Positions 37,168 through 51,300 of a DNA stretch of 64,000 nt are shown here, piece after piece. Under the pieces are notes generated by a model. It had not been told where the DNA came from, did no database searches, and saw only the letters and a list, made by a program, of their open reading frames with translations. The stretch's first letter is position 1, and the number at the start of each line of letters is the position of its first letter. Origin of the DNA: Phoronis australis (taxonomy: Eukaryota > Animalia > Phoronida); the NCBI GenBank assembly GCA_002633005.1, contig NMRA01000008.1:502985-566984 (forward strand). The letters run 5' to 3'. The translations under genes and the position numbers were made by a program.

Positions 37168-38228
37168 CTAACCCAATGCGCGGTTGAAACCCGGTATCCG
37201 AATCGGGTGCCGAAATCGGAAACTAGGATTCATCAAATTTACGCTGTGATATATCTGTAGCCTATGACAGCCTTTATACAAAACTGTGGTGCAATCAAAC
37301 TTCGTTGTTTAAATTACGATCATTTTACACTAGAAAGCATGCCCATGTACGGATCGTCGACATGGCAGCTTGAATAAAACTATAGTTTTGACTGAGTCAA
37401 ACTCAGTGGTTGGCCATCAAAGGCACAGACCGCTTATAGCTGACCACCTAAAACTTGTTAGCTGCTCGGCAAAACTGGCTTTTCAAACGCGATTAAAAGA
37501 TGTTAGCCTAAGGTAAGTCGCTGCACAGATGTGTTCTCCACAATTTCTTGACGGCTGATTTTTCGTCCATGTTTTTGCAGAGAATGCTCACGCCTTTTGG
37601 TGCCATTCTGTAGATACATGGATAACCCGACAACAAAGACAGTCATGTGTTTGACCAATGTTGTTTGACAATGTGACGTTCATAGCACACATAAATTCGT
37701 AGGCAATTGGGTAGCCTTCAGTGGTACAAAAAAGCTGTATATAAATATACAGCACCGATGCGGGTAAAAAAGTGGTAAGATAAAATCTGACACAAAATTA
37801 GCGTCATTAAAAACTACAGTCTTCCTTGAGTAATTTAAATTATTTAACGGTGTTGGCAAAAATGGCGTTCTACCGTTATTCTGCTGTTTAAGTTGTGGAG
37901 CGATCTTTAGCGACCGCTTTCGGCGCCATGAAAGTTTGCGTCACCTATTGGCCAGTTTCTTTTTTCGCCGATTCTTCAATCAACTGTTGTTCTTTCACGA
38001 GGTTGCGTACACGTCACAACAAATTATCAGAACTGGTTTCACCTCATTAAAAGTTTTTAGAATTTTGGTACCGAAAAATCGAATTTCAGAAGAAATTTTG
38101 TTGCTTCCAAGCTATCATTGTCTCCTGCGAGATGTCGCAAAAATTTAGGAAATGGCGCGTGCGCGTGACACGAGCGTACTGTTTTCAAAACGACGAAATA
38201 CTTTTCATTGTTAGAAAAGGCAGAGAGT

Positions 38229-38494
38229 NNNNNNNNNNNNNNNNNNNNNNNNNNNNNNNNNNNNNNNNNNNNNNNNNNNNNNNNNNNNNNNNNNNNNNNN
38301 NNNNNNNNNNNNNNNNNNNNNNNNNNNNNNNNNNNNNNNNNNNNNNNNNNNNNNNNNNNNNNNNNNNNNNNNNNNNNNNNNNNNNNNNNNNNNNNNNNNN
38401 NNNNNNNNNNNNNNNNNNNNNNNNNNNNNNNNNNNNNNNNNNNNNNNNNNNNNNNNNNNNNNNNNNNNNNNNNNNNNNNNNNNNNNNNNNNNNN
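38229..38494. other. Assembly gap (N run)
   Basis: Run of N characters. Confidence 1.
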
Positions 38495-39124
38495 AAATGG
38501 CTGCCGAAAACCAATGCACAGTTGAACAACTCGGCTTAAGTAAAAGAAAACGTTTGAATCAACGAATACTATATATTTGTGAGAGTTAAATCAAGTCCTA
38601 TTCAGATCATAACTTTGAAGTGGAATAATTGGGTGAGTAAGACGACAAGCCGGTTTTATGCTTAGGCGGACGACTATAGGGTTTCGGAGTGTACATGTTG
38701 ATACAAATTTCATGGAGCGGTGACGAGCAGAACTACCTTGGCTGTGTGCAATTTCGCTGTCTACGGAAGAAATACACGCAGTGGGACCTAGCTGACTGGC
38801 TAGCCGACTTTTCGCTTTCATTATTTTTCACGACAATGTTGCAGGACTTCCAGTAATAAATAATCATGACATCAAGGTAATCACCGCTTCCAAAGCTGTA
38901 ACATTGTCTCTGTTAATTTTGTTAATTGTGTGTTCGTCCTGGAGGTACTTAATGGACGCAACAAGTCCAGAAACGTTTATTAACAAGTCAACTACAATAT
39001 CTCGGGCACTTCCGTGTTTTGTTCATTTTCAATCCCGACATACTTTCGGTGCATTTGATTGGTCAATTTTGTATTTGACCTTGAACTTCATTACAGATGT
39101 TCATCGTTTTGAAAACATTGGGAG

Positions 39125-42100
39125 ATGGCGAAAAAGCCTTCGCATGTGTTGGTGCACGAACAGTTAAAGGAACTGGTTTTAAAACAGCAAGAAATACACA
39201 ACAAATCACTTCTTAACGTAAGGATCACTGTTTGCATTATTCCATTCCTGTTATCTCCTTTCTTTTCAATTAGTCTTCCGTGTGGGCTTGTATGACATGG
39301 CCAAACAGCTAGCTACTAAAGCTAGGCCTGGCTGGGATCCATTTTTGCTGGCTTACCCACACAACCACATCTAAAGGCAAGTGGCTGATTAAGAAGCGTG
39401 TCTGTGGCTTGTCTCGCTTACAAGTGAATGACGGGACTGCACCCCTCCACTTTATGAGGGATGGGTGTTCTATTCTTGTACAATTTTTGAAACATGACTG
39501 TTACTGTCGTTGTAACTGTGGTTAAGGTTGGCTACTGATATACTAGCGCCCTCTGACTGCTGTGTTTGGCTGCAAAGCCTGCAGTGTTCACTCATATGAC
39601 TAGGGGTAAGGGCCATAGGCAAATAGCCACTGCCCTGGATAAGTATCGGAATTGTGGCTGTCGTATGAGAGGTGGAGCTTTTATGTGCAGTTATTCTAAT
39701 ATAACTATTTACTTTATGCGGGTATCTGGCTGGCTGGTCCAGGTTTGATTCCTGTTCCAGTACTGATTTGACTTGACAATTACTAAATCATGCACTAAAA
39801 GAAAGAGTGCCTGCTGCTTTGTAAGAATACCCCAAAACTGACCAATGCAGGGAAATGCATATGCTAATCAAAGAAGAAAAATCAAAACTCCATACTCCTT
39901 ATTTATTGGAAAGCAGCTCCACAGGCAAGTCTTTTTCATAGCAGCTGAAAGCAGGCACATAGCTTATTGTCGTGTTATGATAAGAGATAACAGTTATGAC
40001 CATGCACTTCATCGTATGCGGGCCATTGAATTCAGTGGTCTATTGTTTGTGTTTGTGGAACTTCAGGAGAATATCTGCCTGGCCTAGGTCTGTCTTCGGG
40101 TTCACTTTATGGTTAAGGAATTCTGCAACATAGCCCATTATTGCATCAGCGCTGCATAAAGTTTCCATATGCTATCGTAGTTTGAAATGGGCAATCGTCC
40201 ATGTTTTAATGGAATAATTAATCTTTCAAAGGAAGAATAAAACCCCTGAAAAAAGTCTTTTAGGAGTTAAAGTCCCTAAAAAGGATTTGTTATATGAACA
40301 AACCTCAGTCTGCTGAGTAAAGGGCGAACTTTTCATAGCCTAGCATCAGGCAAATATAGCAAATCTGAATACTGCCCTTATGCATACAACCACGGATGTA
40401 ATTTTATTTTTTGATTTTGTTTACCTCTCAACCGAGTTCTTTCATGTGTAAGTGGAGACGGCGTCATGCCATGGAGTTTATCGATGGGTGTAGTTGGCTA
40501 ACTTCAAATTAACTTTGTCTGACTATACTGGAAGACTGTTTCTACCTAGTTTTACTTTCCTGCGTATCTGAATTTAGTTTTTATCTGTCTTTATTTGCAC
40601 AAAACATTTAGAATTCAAGTTTGATTCAAAATTGGTATACCGAAAAAAACAAGAAGATACAGCTTCTGCTGCCATTTAACCTGAAATCTAGTTTATTCAA
40701 AAATATGAAGCGCACAAACAATAACTTTGAATCTGGTATTGATTACGTATCTTTATGATAAAAATAAAACCAGATTGTGTCCTAAATTGATCATGCAAGT
40801 TACAGTGCATTCAATTCTGATCTTGAGACAGTCAGCTTTTCAGACTTTGAATTTGCCTTTTGAAAAGTGTCAAAGTTAAATGGACATAATGTGTAGAAAA
40901 ATGACAAGTATTTCATGTGATCTAGTTTGGTGTTTTCTTGAATAAATGCCATAGTTACTTTGGTTGCTTTGTGCAAATTTCTATAAAACTGATAAATTGT
41001 TATGTTACTGCATATATTTTTGTTTTCAGATGTCATCTACCATGTCTTCTGATTTTGTTCCAAAGATACAATATGAATCAGCAATCAGGCAGCTGGAGGT
41101 ATGTAGCACAGATTATCCATTAAGTTAAATATTAGTAAGCTAACAAAATTTTTAAGTCTGGTCTGCACACTTGTTAACCGTACAAATGCTCTAGACACTG
41201 AAACATCGGGATTACTGGTCAAACACAGAAATCCAATCCCATCAGACTTAGTAGTGGGCACCCCACCCATTTATCTCGTGGGTGTATATATGTAAATATA
41301 TGTTAATCTTGAAATGGCATGGAAATATACCGGTAGATAAAAACATTTTTGAATCTGATCTTCACGCCACCTGTTGGCCACATCTCATAAACTAACGTAA
41401 GCTAAAGGGACCCGCAGAAAATGGAGACCCCTTTCCGTCCCCATAGATATTATTCATAAATTGTGGGGACCGAGGGGCAATCCATTAAGCTAAAAAGGTG
41501 CAGCTAGGGGCGTCATACAAAATGTCGCGTTGCCTCCTAGTTGAGTCTTCTCCTTTCTAATAAACCTCTTCTGCTGAAAGTGCATTCTTGATTTTTGGAG
41601 ATCTATGAAAGATAAAATTTTGCATTAGAGCCTTTTGTCTTTTCTTAACCTAGTGAGCGAAATTGATTTCTGTATCAACAGCAAGAGAGATTGGATCATG
41701 CTGAGACCAAACAGCGTCTGCTTGAGACGGAGGACAGGTTGGAGTTTATGAAGGGAGAGGTGGAAATGCTGAAGAAACAGTTATTTCGTGAGAAGGAACA
41801 GTTTGAGAAAACGTACGTGACCTTTTTATCGTGAAACATGTCTTTGAAAATGAGGCTAGTGTAAGGTCGTCAATTTTTGCACAAAGCTAATCGACCTTTT
41901 TGTGAATAGTGTAAGAGATTACGCAAAGACTTGTGGGATAGCATTCATCCAACTTAGCCAATAAAAATCACTTCCCTTTTGTACCATTTGAAGTAGCATG
42001 ATATGAGTAAACGTGATAATGTTTAAGGTAATTTGTCACATATTTAGCACAAAAAGCAGTGGACAAGCGAAATTTTATTTTTTTTAAACTTCTTAACAAA

Positions 42101-45100
42101 AATAAATATTTAGAAAATTTCAGTCTGTTGTTAGCTTGGTTTGTAGTATGCAGATGTAAGTAAAACAATATTTAGTAAGGCTTCTAGTATTTGGATTAAA
42201 GTAGTAGGCCTTTGAAAAATAGAAAGGATGACAATTTTGGCATTTTTTGTGAGAATTGTGTAAAGAATTACCGTATCCATTATCAACGACCAACCTAACT
42301 TGAAATGATTCTTCCTTGATTCTGGAGCGGTTGACTCGTTTCCCAAAAATTTGTGTTCCGAGATGCGCTTTCATTGGTTTTTGCTTTTTGTAAGAAAGGT
42401 CAATTGCTAACAACTGATACTATCATATTCCTATTTTCAAAGTCTTGCAACATTGCTTCAAAGGCTTAAAATGTTATTTCGTATTTTATGCCAAGAGCTA
42501 TAGACAGGCAAATCTTTGGCAAGGCAAAAAAGCACTGCCCCAATTCATTTTGAAACCTACGCCTCTCTGGTTAAGGAAAAAAGCACCCGGTCACATCTAA
42601 GTTTTTTCAAAACCCATCCTGATGGAGGCAAGCGTCAGAATTGTCCGTCAACGAGTCACTGCTTTGCATGCACGAGTTTGAGGCAAGAAAGGCACAAATT
42701 ATGCTCATTTCAGGGGATATTTTTGTTGAAATTAAAATATATCCACCGCTTCTATTTAGAAGAAAAGCGGGCCAGAATTACTATGATTTTTTCACTTAAC
42801 AGAGAGAAAATTTTTGTTTTCATTTTTGTTGAGAATTTTCGATAAAACAAGGTTCTACTTTTCTGCCATTTTTTTGAAGCCTTTCCGAAGTTTTGCGAAA
42901 TATTTAACACCGTATTGCACACGTACATCCTGGGATGTGCAATAAATGTGACTGTTGTGCTGGGTTATGAATGTGCTGCACCGGATGATTGCTGCTTTGT
43001 TTTAATTTTGCATCAGTAAAGTTCTGAAGTGTTGCAAATTAACACTTCAAGTCCACCTCTGTTGTAAAACGACCAGATTGGATTTACTGCCAGAATATCG
43101 ACTTGCTTAACTGTTTAAAACTTGTTTTATGTTCGTTAGAACACGATTCTGTCAGAATATAGTCTGACAGTATCTTTAGTTGTATTGTTTTGTTTTGTTA
43201 TTCTGTTTGATTGGCATGACCCCTGAGTTAAGTACAATGATGATGTAATTTGTTTACTACAGTATAGTGTGGAACTTTCTAGAAGACTCTAGCATGAGAA
43301 TGATTGGGTAGATTCAGGAAAGTTCTAGAATGTGCTTGAATGATGTAAAGTTCCAGAACAATGCATTAGGCTATAAATACACAAGCACGGGTTTGTGTTA
43401 GTCAGATCAAGTCAGTTCATCAGAAGATCAAGTCAGTTCTAGAAAGTTAATCAACAGAATTACAATTGAGTTGCAGTGAAGAGAATCAGCAGTTACAGCG
43501 ATAGTCAATAGAGAGCCAGCTATAGAGACAGCAGGTTATTGAATCGACGAGTGTAACAGTTGCTGAACGTGTCTCAGAAGTTCATCACAAGTCAAGGCTT
43601 CGCAGCACTGGCTGGAGCATAAACAGACATTACGTCGGACGTTTTGTTTGAGTAGGCTTGTGAACGTACTGCCGGGTTAATAAAGGATTAACTTGAACCA
43701 GTCTTCAGTCTATTGTCGCACCGAAAGCTATTAGCACCGGTCTGTAACAACCTGCGCCCAGCCACACTAATCTAAAGTCAATGCACATTTTTTTCTTCAG
43801 ATTTGGTGCTTTAAAAAACAAGGCAATCAAAGAAAGTAGCAAGAAAATAGAACTGGAAGAAAAAGTTTCAGGTAAGCAGTGTTAAGGTATCGTGTTTGTG
43901 ATGTACTTCTTGTTTTCATAACTGTTGCCAAGGAGTCTTTAAAAAATCAAATCCCACAATCTACAAGGAGGCTAGTTATTTTAACGTGGAGGTTGTCATG
44001 AACAATTAAAACTGTTAAAACAAGTTCACACATATCCTGTATGTTTGCAATCACATTGATATGTGATTTCACTTAACAATTATTTAGTTTCACGTATCCT
44101 TTTGGCCTTAGGTTTTATTCGAAATACACAGGTTCAACAGGTTATGAATTCATGAATTTAAGAGTAAACTTAATCAACATATGTCTTAGTAAAATTCAAC
44201 GAAAAGGAAAGGCACCTTCATAGAAAATCAAGGACATCAATAACAATCGAAAACGCTGTCACTATTTTGCAAATTATGTTTTTTATGGAAATTTTCAGTT
44301 TGATATTTCAATTTCTGACAGCACCTTATGAAAAAGTGAAGCATTTTAGAACTACTCCTGTTGGTGTTTTTGTGAGCAGTGCCTAAATCATTATCCGAGA
44401 ACTTCCATTTGAACCTAATCCGCTTTTGCTGTCGATATGTTCTGAAATCAGCCATATTTTGACATTTTTAACCATGTTACTTGAAACCTTTTAAGTTAAT
44501 TTTGTAATCAGTTTCTCTGGTGTGTCTCACCATTATTCCTTGTCAAGAAATCTTGCTCGATCGTTATGTTGACAATAGAGAAGGCAGTGTAGCCTAGTGT
44601 GATTGGTGCTCGCTTTCTTTACTCAAGGTGGTGGGTTCAAGTGCCACTGGGTCACACTGCTAAACCCTTGAGTCAGGTTGCTAGCTCCTCAGCTCCGCTT
44701 TACTATATATTAAGAAAGCATAAAAATTGTTCCAGCTGATCAGTGCAGTGGGCCCACATGCATGACCTGCGGACGTCTGGTACAATGTGTATCAGACTGC
44801 CTGCAGTTATTTGTTTTATGCTGACAACAAACACTTTGCGTGTGGTTCCAGTTTCAGTAATTTAGTACTTGTAGTTGTCACAGAATCTCTAAGGCAAAAA
44901 TGTTAAGTAGAAGAGATAATTTTTTGATTATTTCAGAAACTAAGGAACAGTGCAAAGCTCATGAGGATCGCTTGCAGGTTAAGAACCTTGAAATCCAGGC
45001 ATTGGGCGAGAAACTGAAGAAACAGGATGCAAAGTATCAGAAACAGCTGCAGGAGATCCGGGTCAAGCTGGAACAGGAGGCGTACATAGCTAACGTGATG

Positions 45101-45220
45101 AAGGAGGGCAAGGCCAGGGGCAACAGGCCCAAGGGTCGGCTGACACAGACTGCAGGGAACAGAGGGCTGGGTTATAGAGATGGGGGTCTGGGCGGTGGGG
45201 ATATGGGTGTGAAAAGGTGA
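39125..45220 (+). CDS. SPATA24: Spermatogenesis-associated protein 24 (coiled coil), 215 aa; exons 39125-39217, 41030-41098, 41682-41812, 43801-43871, 44937-45220
   Basis: All introns GT-AG with compatible phases; the product (EQLKELVLKQQE...DFVPK...ERLDHAETK...LEFMKGEVEMLKKQLFREKEQFEK...KAIKESSKK...EQEAYIANVM) aligns by eye along its length with vertebrate SPATA24. Confidence 0.88.
43123..43749 (+). mobile_element. Probable solo LTR (Gypsy-like) in SPATA24 intron 3
   Basis: TGTT...AACA ends, AACT/ACCT 4-bp flanks (one mismatch), TATAAATA ~43372, AATAAA ~43679, internal direct repeat AGATCAAGTCAGTTC. Confidence 0.55.
44582..44818 (+). mobile_element. tRNA-derived SINE, copy 2
   Basis: A box TAGCCTAGTG, B box GGTTCAAGTGCC; body shared with 21305-21528. 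Confidence 0.75.
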
Positions 45221-48200
45221 CAGGGGAAGGGGTTTAGTTGATCGGGACTGACGGCAGTCCTGATAGCGGGTATGCAGTGAGAGGCGCGGCTGTTGTGCGT
45301 GCGCAAGTGGGAAATTGTACACGCGGGACTGAGTTTTGACGGGTCTACGTTCAGGGATGTGGGGTGACCTACAAAGTAAATAAAAGTGTCAGGCTGTAAG
45401 AGACTTGTGAGATTGGTAATCCCATGATGGGATAGTAACAGTTACTAATGAATACAACACCATTGTTTAGACAGGGTTTAATTTGTCGACACCGGCTTGT
45501 AGATCGTATCTCATATTTTTTATACAGGTGCATGTACTAATGTCTAGTCTAGGTTGTTGTCATATTGTTGCCAGTAGTTAGAAATGTAATTATTTATGGA
45601 CACTTGGCTCATCGATGGTGCTCAGTTTGTGTGGCGGATTCAGAATCTGTCTGAAGCAGCCTGTTATTGCACTTAATTTGTGTCATGTCACGTCTGGGAT
45701 GGTTCAGTTAGGATGTATTATCTTTCTAGTCTTTTAAAGTGTTATTAATTTTAATATGTCTATTGACAAATATTAATTCATTGTAGGTATATATTGTTAC
45801 TACTGCAGTTCAGTGCATGAAATTAAAAATCTCAAAAGCTGCCACAATCCTGTGTTCCATCACAATTATCTCTTGATTTAAGCCACTTTACATTTCATGA
45901 AACTGGTCTCAACTTGTACTTTTTCCCGATTAGAACAGACTTTTGGGCTTGGGAAGGATGAGGATTTTGTAGAAAAATTATCTTGTCGAACCCCCACTAG
46001 TCTAAGGCATGAGAACAAAAAGCTTTGCCCATTCACGGACGTGTTACCAGTTTCAGTACCCTGCCTATTGAACATTTTCTGGTGTCATCCCTGATCCACC
46101 AAAACATCACCTATGACTTCAGTCTAACCAAAAGGTTATGCCAACGCTGTCGTCTGGAGTAGAACCGTAACTGGATGTTTTTTTTTAAGCAAATAAGATT
46201 CACTTGTCCGCCACATTGAACTAAATTGGTGAGATTTCGCCATATTGTGTACTAAATTGGTGATATTTTACACATTATCTTGCTCTTAGTTTAAACTGCA
46301 CGAATGAGATTGTTCATGAGATGGTTATAATAATGAACTTTCATAAGAAGTGGTCTATTGTAAAATTAATGAGAAATAAAAATAATCACAAAAGTTTATT
46401 TCATACTAAAATTTTCTACGTTTAGAATAAATATGTCAACATAGTACCCTTGTATGACCTACACAAATTTTCCAATACTATTCGACTTGACAATACTGTC
46501 TGAAAGCTATAATTTTCAGCTACATGTATTTTTAAAAACCAATACTGACCGTAGGCTGTTTTATCTAAATGTATTAAAAAATCAAACCCCAGCTTACAAA
46601 TCAAACAGTTACATTTTCAACACACGGATACCTCTTCTTGGGAACTTGATAAAGAGGCTACGTTAATTCAATTGACCTATCGCAAGCTCCACCCCTTGCG
46701 CGATGTCGACAAACAATAAGTTTTACTCGGCATCGTGTCGTTTGTTGGGTAAAATGGCGGCTTGGAAACAAAGGTGTCAACAATGCTGCATTCTGATTGG
46801 TCAGTTAAGCCATCATTCAAAATCCTGGCAATAGGCCAATTCCTTTGAACCAACCTGTAATGTCAGCTGCACTATGAACAAGACTACAACCTCGTGTGAA
46901 ATATAGAAAAACAATAAAATTGTAACAATTTAAGAAAAATATCAGGAATGCAAAGATTTAAAACAATCCATACATACATTTTACAGTACAAAACAAAAAA
47001 GAGACTTGCAATACAGAGAAAAATGAAATATCTGGAATGTTCTACATCGAAATACTGCGAACAAAAATTGGTATGACGATGGAAAGATTCTAAATTAACA
47101 AGATTATCAATTGACTGTACAATTACTGTTAATAACTTCTGTTAAGTACAAAGTATTTCGAGATTCACATTATAATAAAGTCACAACCAGAAAGCAGTGG
47201 TTCATAAGAAATGTGTAAAAAAGAAGCATGGAAAAGACTAACACCTACGGACGGAATATTCTGGAATGAACACGACGGTAGTTTGATGCAAATTTAAATA
47301 CCTTTGTGTCATTGCTCCATTTATACCGCTAAAAACGAAATATTTGGGGAAGTGTAAACAAACATAACAAGTAACAATGCATTAAGTTGATTTAATGCAA
47401 TATTTAATATTAATAAATTCAGTAACTCGATGTACAATGCTCGATTAAAAAATTTAAACACCACATTCTACAACAGCCGAAAGAAGTCGCCAAAATCTTG
47501 ACTTCTTTCGAAAAGTCATTGCGAAGTATACCAGGACATCAATAGTGAAATAAATTCTGCTCCATTCACATGTCTAGGAGTACCAGCAAATTTGCCTCAA
47601 TGTTGCTGAAAGCATCCCCCCTGCGAGTGGTTATTACACCAGCTGCTTTACAGCCTCCAAAACAGCTGTTTAAAATTTCCACCGTCTTGAAACAACTTGT
47701 ATGAAAATGTGAGGTCACTCCCACAAAAGTTACACAAATACCGACTAATTTTCTCTCCTTTAGAGACGGCTACCAAATGAGAAGTCACCGTCTTCAACCC
47801 AAAAGGGTAAAGCTTCTTCAATTCAGAACGCAATACCATGACAGAACAGTAAAAATTACATTTTATTAAATTTCTCAACAAAATAGAATAAAAAATATAA
47901 TTTCATTACCAGCAGTCAGTTTGTATGGGGCAGCAGTCAAACCCATAGTGGAACTGAACATTTTCAAAAGCTTTTGAAAACTGACAATTTCCGTGTTGTT
48001 TGTGATGAAAATTGAAGAAACTATTAACGTAAAAGTAAAACTGTGTACACCGCAGCCACCAGTCACTTTGCCGTTTCCGACAAAATTTTCTGTTTGATAT
48101 CAAGCCTATGCAATACTGCACATAGTACACTAAACCTCACACACAAAAGATCCAACAGAACCAAGAGATTTTTTACAAGTGAGACAAGATCTGACTTAGA

Positions 48201-48305
48201 CGAGTGAGGCCGCATAATCGGACCTAACTGAAGGCCCAGTGCGAGTTAAGTGAAAATCTGACGAACACGCGAGTGACCTGGGCGCGTTTTACTGTACGTA
48301 TAAAG

Positions 48306-51300
48306 CTACTGCATTCTCAACACCAATGTCATAACTGATTTAGATTTGTTGTTGTATGACCGCCTCACAATATCGACAGCTTGAGGGTGGGTCACTGTTT
48401 CTAGACTCTCGCCGTCCACTGAAATAATCTCCATGCCATGCTAAAATGAAAAGTAAAAGTGTATCAATTGGTAAGCTCAACTGCCTCTGCCAAACTTTCA
48501 TTTGAATTTGATGAGCCACCCATGAGAAATGGACGTTTGAAGTTAGGGTAATTTTAACGTTTTCTTGGGTACCTCATAACCCAAATAAGCAAAGCTTCTC
48601 TCATTTGAAAAGACAGCATGATTGCTGAAAATTTATTGCCTGAGATTTAAATGCCTCGAGAGAATGTCTACCTTAGAATGACTTGCTCAATTTGGCATCT
48701 TTTACTTTATTTTGAACCTCTTCTATTAATAAAAATCAAAAATAAGAATTCTTGACACTGAAAGTGTGATTTAGTGAACAAAGTCCGATATCAGTTGGTC
48801 TGAGTAAGTTAAAATGCCTTCAAAAAGTAACACTACCCTTGTTTCATGGGTATTCATTATCCGAAGCACTAGTTTATCTTAAGACCATAGTGTTCCCAAG
48901 TACAACCATTGCGTGATAGCAATTGTTGTAATTTACCTTGAGTGTTCCATCGTCAGCTGCAGCGCCACCTGGGAATACCTTTTCCACTTTCACCTGGGGC
49001 TGTGACTTGCTGTCTCGGCCTCCTGATATACTGATCCCTGCAGAAAATATTCAAGATCTCAGTGGCCGGTTGCATGAAACAGTCCCAAATAGGGACTCAC
49101 CTAAGTTCCCTATATCTACTGCATAATTGTGATCTTGTGAAAACACAGATTGTCATTTTTTATGCTGTTTTAGCTTTTAGTTTCATTACTAAGTCAATGT
49201 TTGGTTACGTTAGAAATTGAGAGTGAATTTGATGGTGAATTCTCAATAGTACCGAAAATAAAAAGGGATCTTTTCATGCAACACCCCTAACTTAAGGACT
49301 AAGTCCCTATTTATTTTCATTGAATTCAGGGCTCAGTTTTTGATTACGTTATTAAAAAATTCATTAGCCAAAGAGCAGCTCACAATAAAAATGATAGAAA
49401 AATGTTGCATCTGTGACTCCATAAAGACACAAATACGCAAAAAGATTTAGGGATCTCAGTTAAGTCCCTATTTGGGACTGTTTCATACAACCGGCCACTG
49501 AAGCCTTATCAAGCAGCATGAATTCATCTTTAATCAGTGGCAAACATCATAGATATGCATCAATAGAAGGCTTGAACTGATCTTGTGTGTGGGAACAAAT
49601 GCAAGTGGCAACTTAGGCACGAGTTTTCTGATGAAATGCGTAATAATAAAAATATCTGCAATCACCCACTTCTGGGTATTTTAGTTATGATTGAATACCA
49701 CTATAACACAGTGTACTTTAAAGCAGCCTTTCGCTCTGTTTGTCTGGCTAAAACTGAAAATTAAATTACGCCTTTTGCTCTCATAAAATCTACCTTGTAA
49801 TATTCATTATCATCACAGGATTCTATTTCCATTACCAAAAAGAACATCAAAACCATCAACAATTAAAGAAAACGATTCACAGTTTCTATGGGTTTGCCAA
49901 CCCTAAAATTGCAAATTCAAAACTGACACATAATGCATATAATATGTCGACTCCAGTTGGTTATGGAAATAGAATCTGACTTTGTGAAAGCAAAAGATGT
50001 AGTTTGATTTTTGTTTTTCAGCCAGCTAACCAGAGAAATACAGCTTCAAGTTTAATTTAGCATTTTATCACAAAATTCTACCAATAAAGGTCTGCAACTG
50101 GGGAACTAAGCAGTCTTACAAACTGGCACACATTAGTACCAAACGTTGCACAAGACTCAGCTCGAAAGTTGACAATGAGTAAATTTTGAAAGTTTACTTG
50201 AAGCACGGAACATGATTCATCAATTTGTGTCAAGAAATGAGAAGGCTGAAAATAACATACCTAAAGATGATCTATTTTTAGTTAGCACAAGTGTGAACAC
50301 ATCTCCAGCAGTACAGGTATTGCTGTCCGCTGGTGGCCGTTGGGGCTCTTCAAGGGGAGGGGGCTCATCGGGGGGAGGTGGAGGGGTGAACTTAGGGCTG
50401 GGGGTCGTCTTATTAGTGTCAGTCACAGGTGGTGGAGGGGGAGGGTATTCAAAGTCGGATTCACTGTCCGAGACGTGGCGTGAGGCGACAAACAACGATG
50501 GAGGAGTTGCCGCACGTCTAGGGAGTGAGGAACCAGTACCTGAGTTGGGAGTACTGGACATCGGTGGTCTCGAATCTGGCAGAGGGGGAGGGGAAGCGGA
50601 GCCACTGGAGCTTTGGGATCCCCCAGGGGAAGCCAGGTCATAGTGGCCAGACAGGTCACTGGGGTGGTCAGTGCTGCGGAAGGAAGCTGTGGACATTGGG
50701 CGGAAGTCTCCGGAGGACACACTGGACTGGGGTGAAGGAATGTGAGCCTCGACTGAGGAGTCAGTCTTGGATGGGGACAGATCCTGGTTGGAAGGGGAGC
50801 CCAAGTTTGATGATGAGATCGACTTCCTTTCTATGGTGTCGTTCCAGTTGAGTGACTTTTTAGAATCCAGCGTTCCATCAGATTTTCTGCGGTAAAGAGA
50901 AACAAATTTGAAAAGCTGCAACATTCAACTGAGAACTGCCGACAGTCTGGACAATACATTTTGATCAGTTACTGGAGAAAAAAGAAGTAGTCCATGCTGT
51001 CCAACTTAACAATTCATTTAAACATGTGTAACATTGAATACTTGATGATGTAAGCATACATCCTGAATATACCATTCTTATAATAAAACACAAAATACTT
51101 TTATTATCAAACCTATTTATTGGTCTTAAATCACTACTAGAAAATAAAACTCAGTAAGTTTTAAATTCTTTTAAAACATTGTTCCACTTACAAAATACTT
51201 CTTGTTGGAGTTCCAGATTGTGCTTCTCGCTGAACTGGGCCATCAGCGTCACCATGACTAGCACCACTAACTCCCTCTGTTGGATGGGGATTGGAGACAG

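Noticed and set aside
38132-38539. ORFs of 100-135 aa
   Set aside because: Artefacts of translating through the N gap.
39290-39780. Possible intronic H/ACA snoRNAs (hairpins ending ACAATT) in SPATA24 intron 1
   Set aside because: No clear H box or two-hairpin fold and no match to a family I can recall; needs an Infernal/Rfam search.
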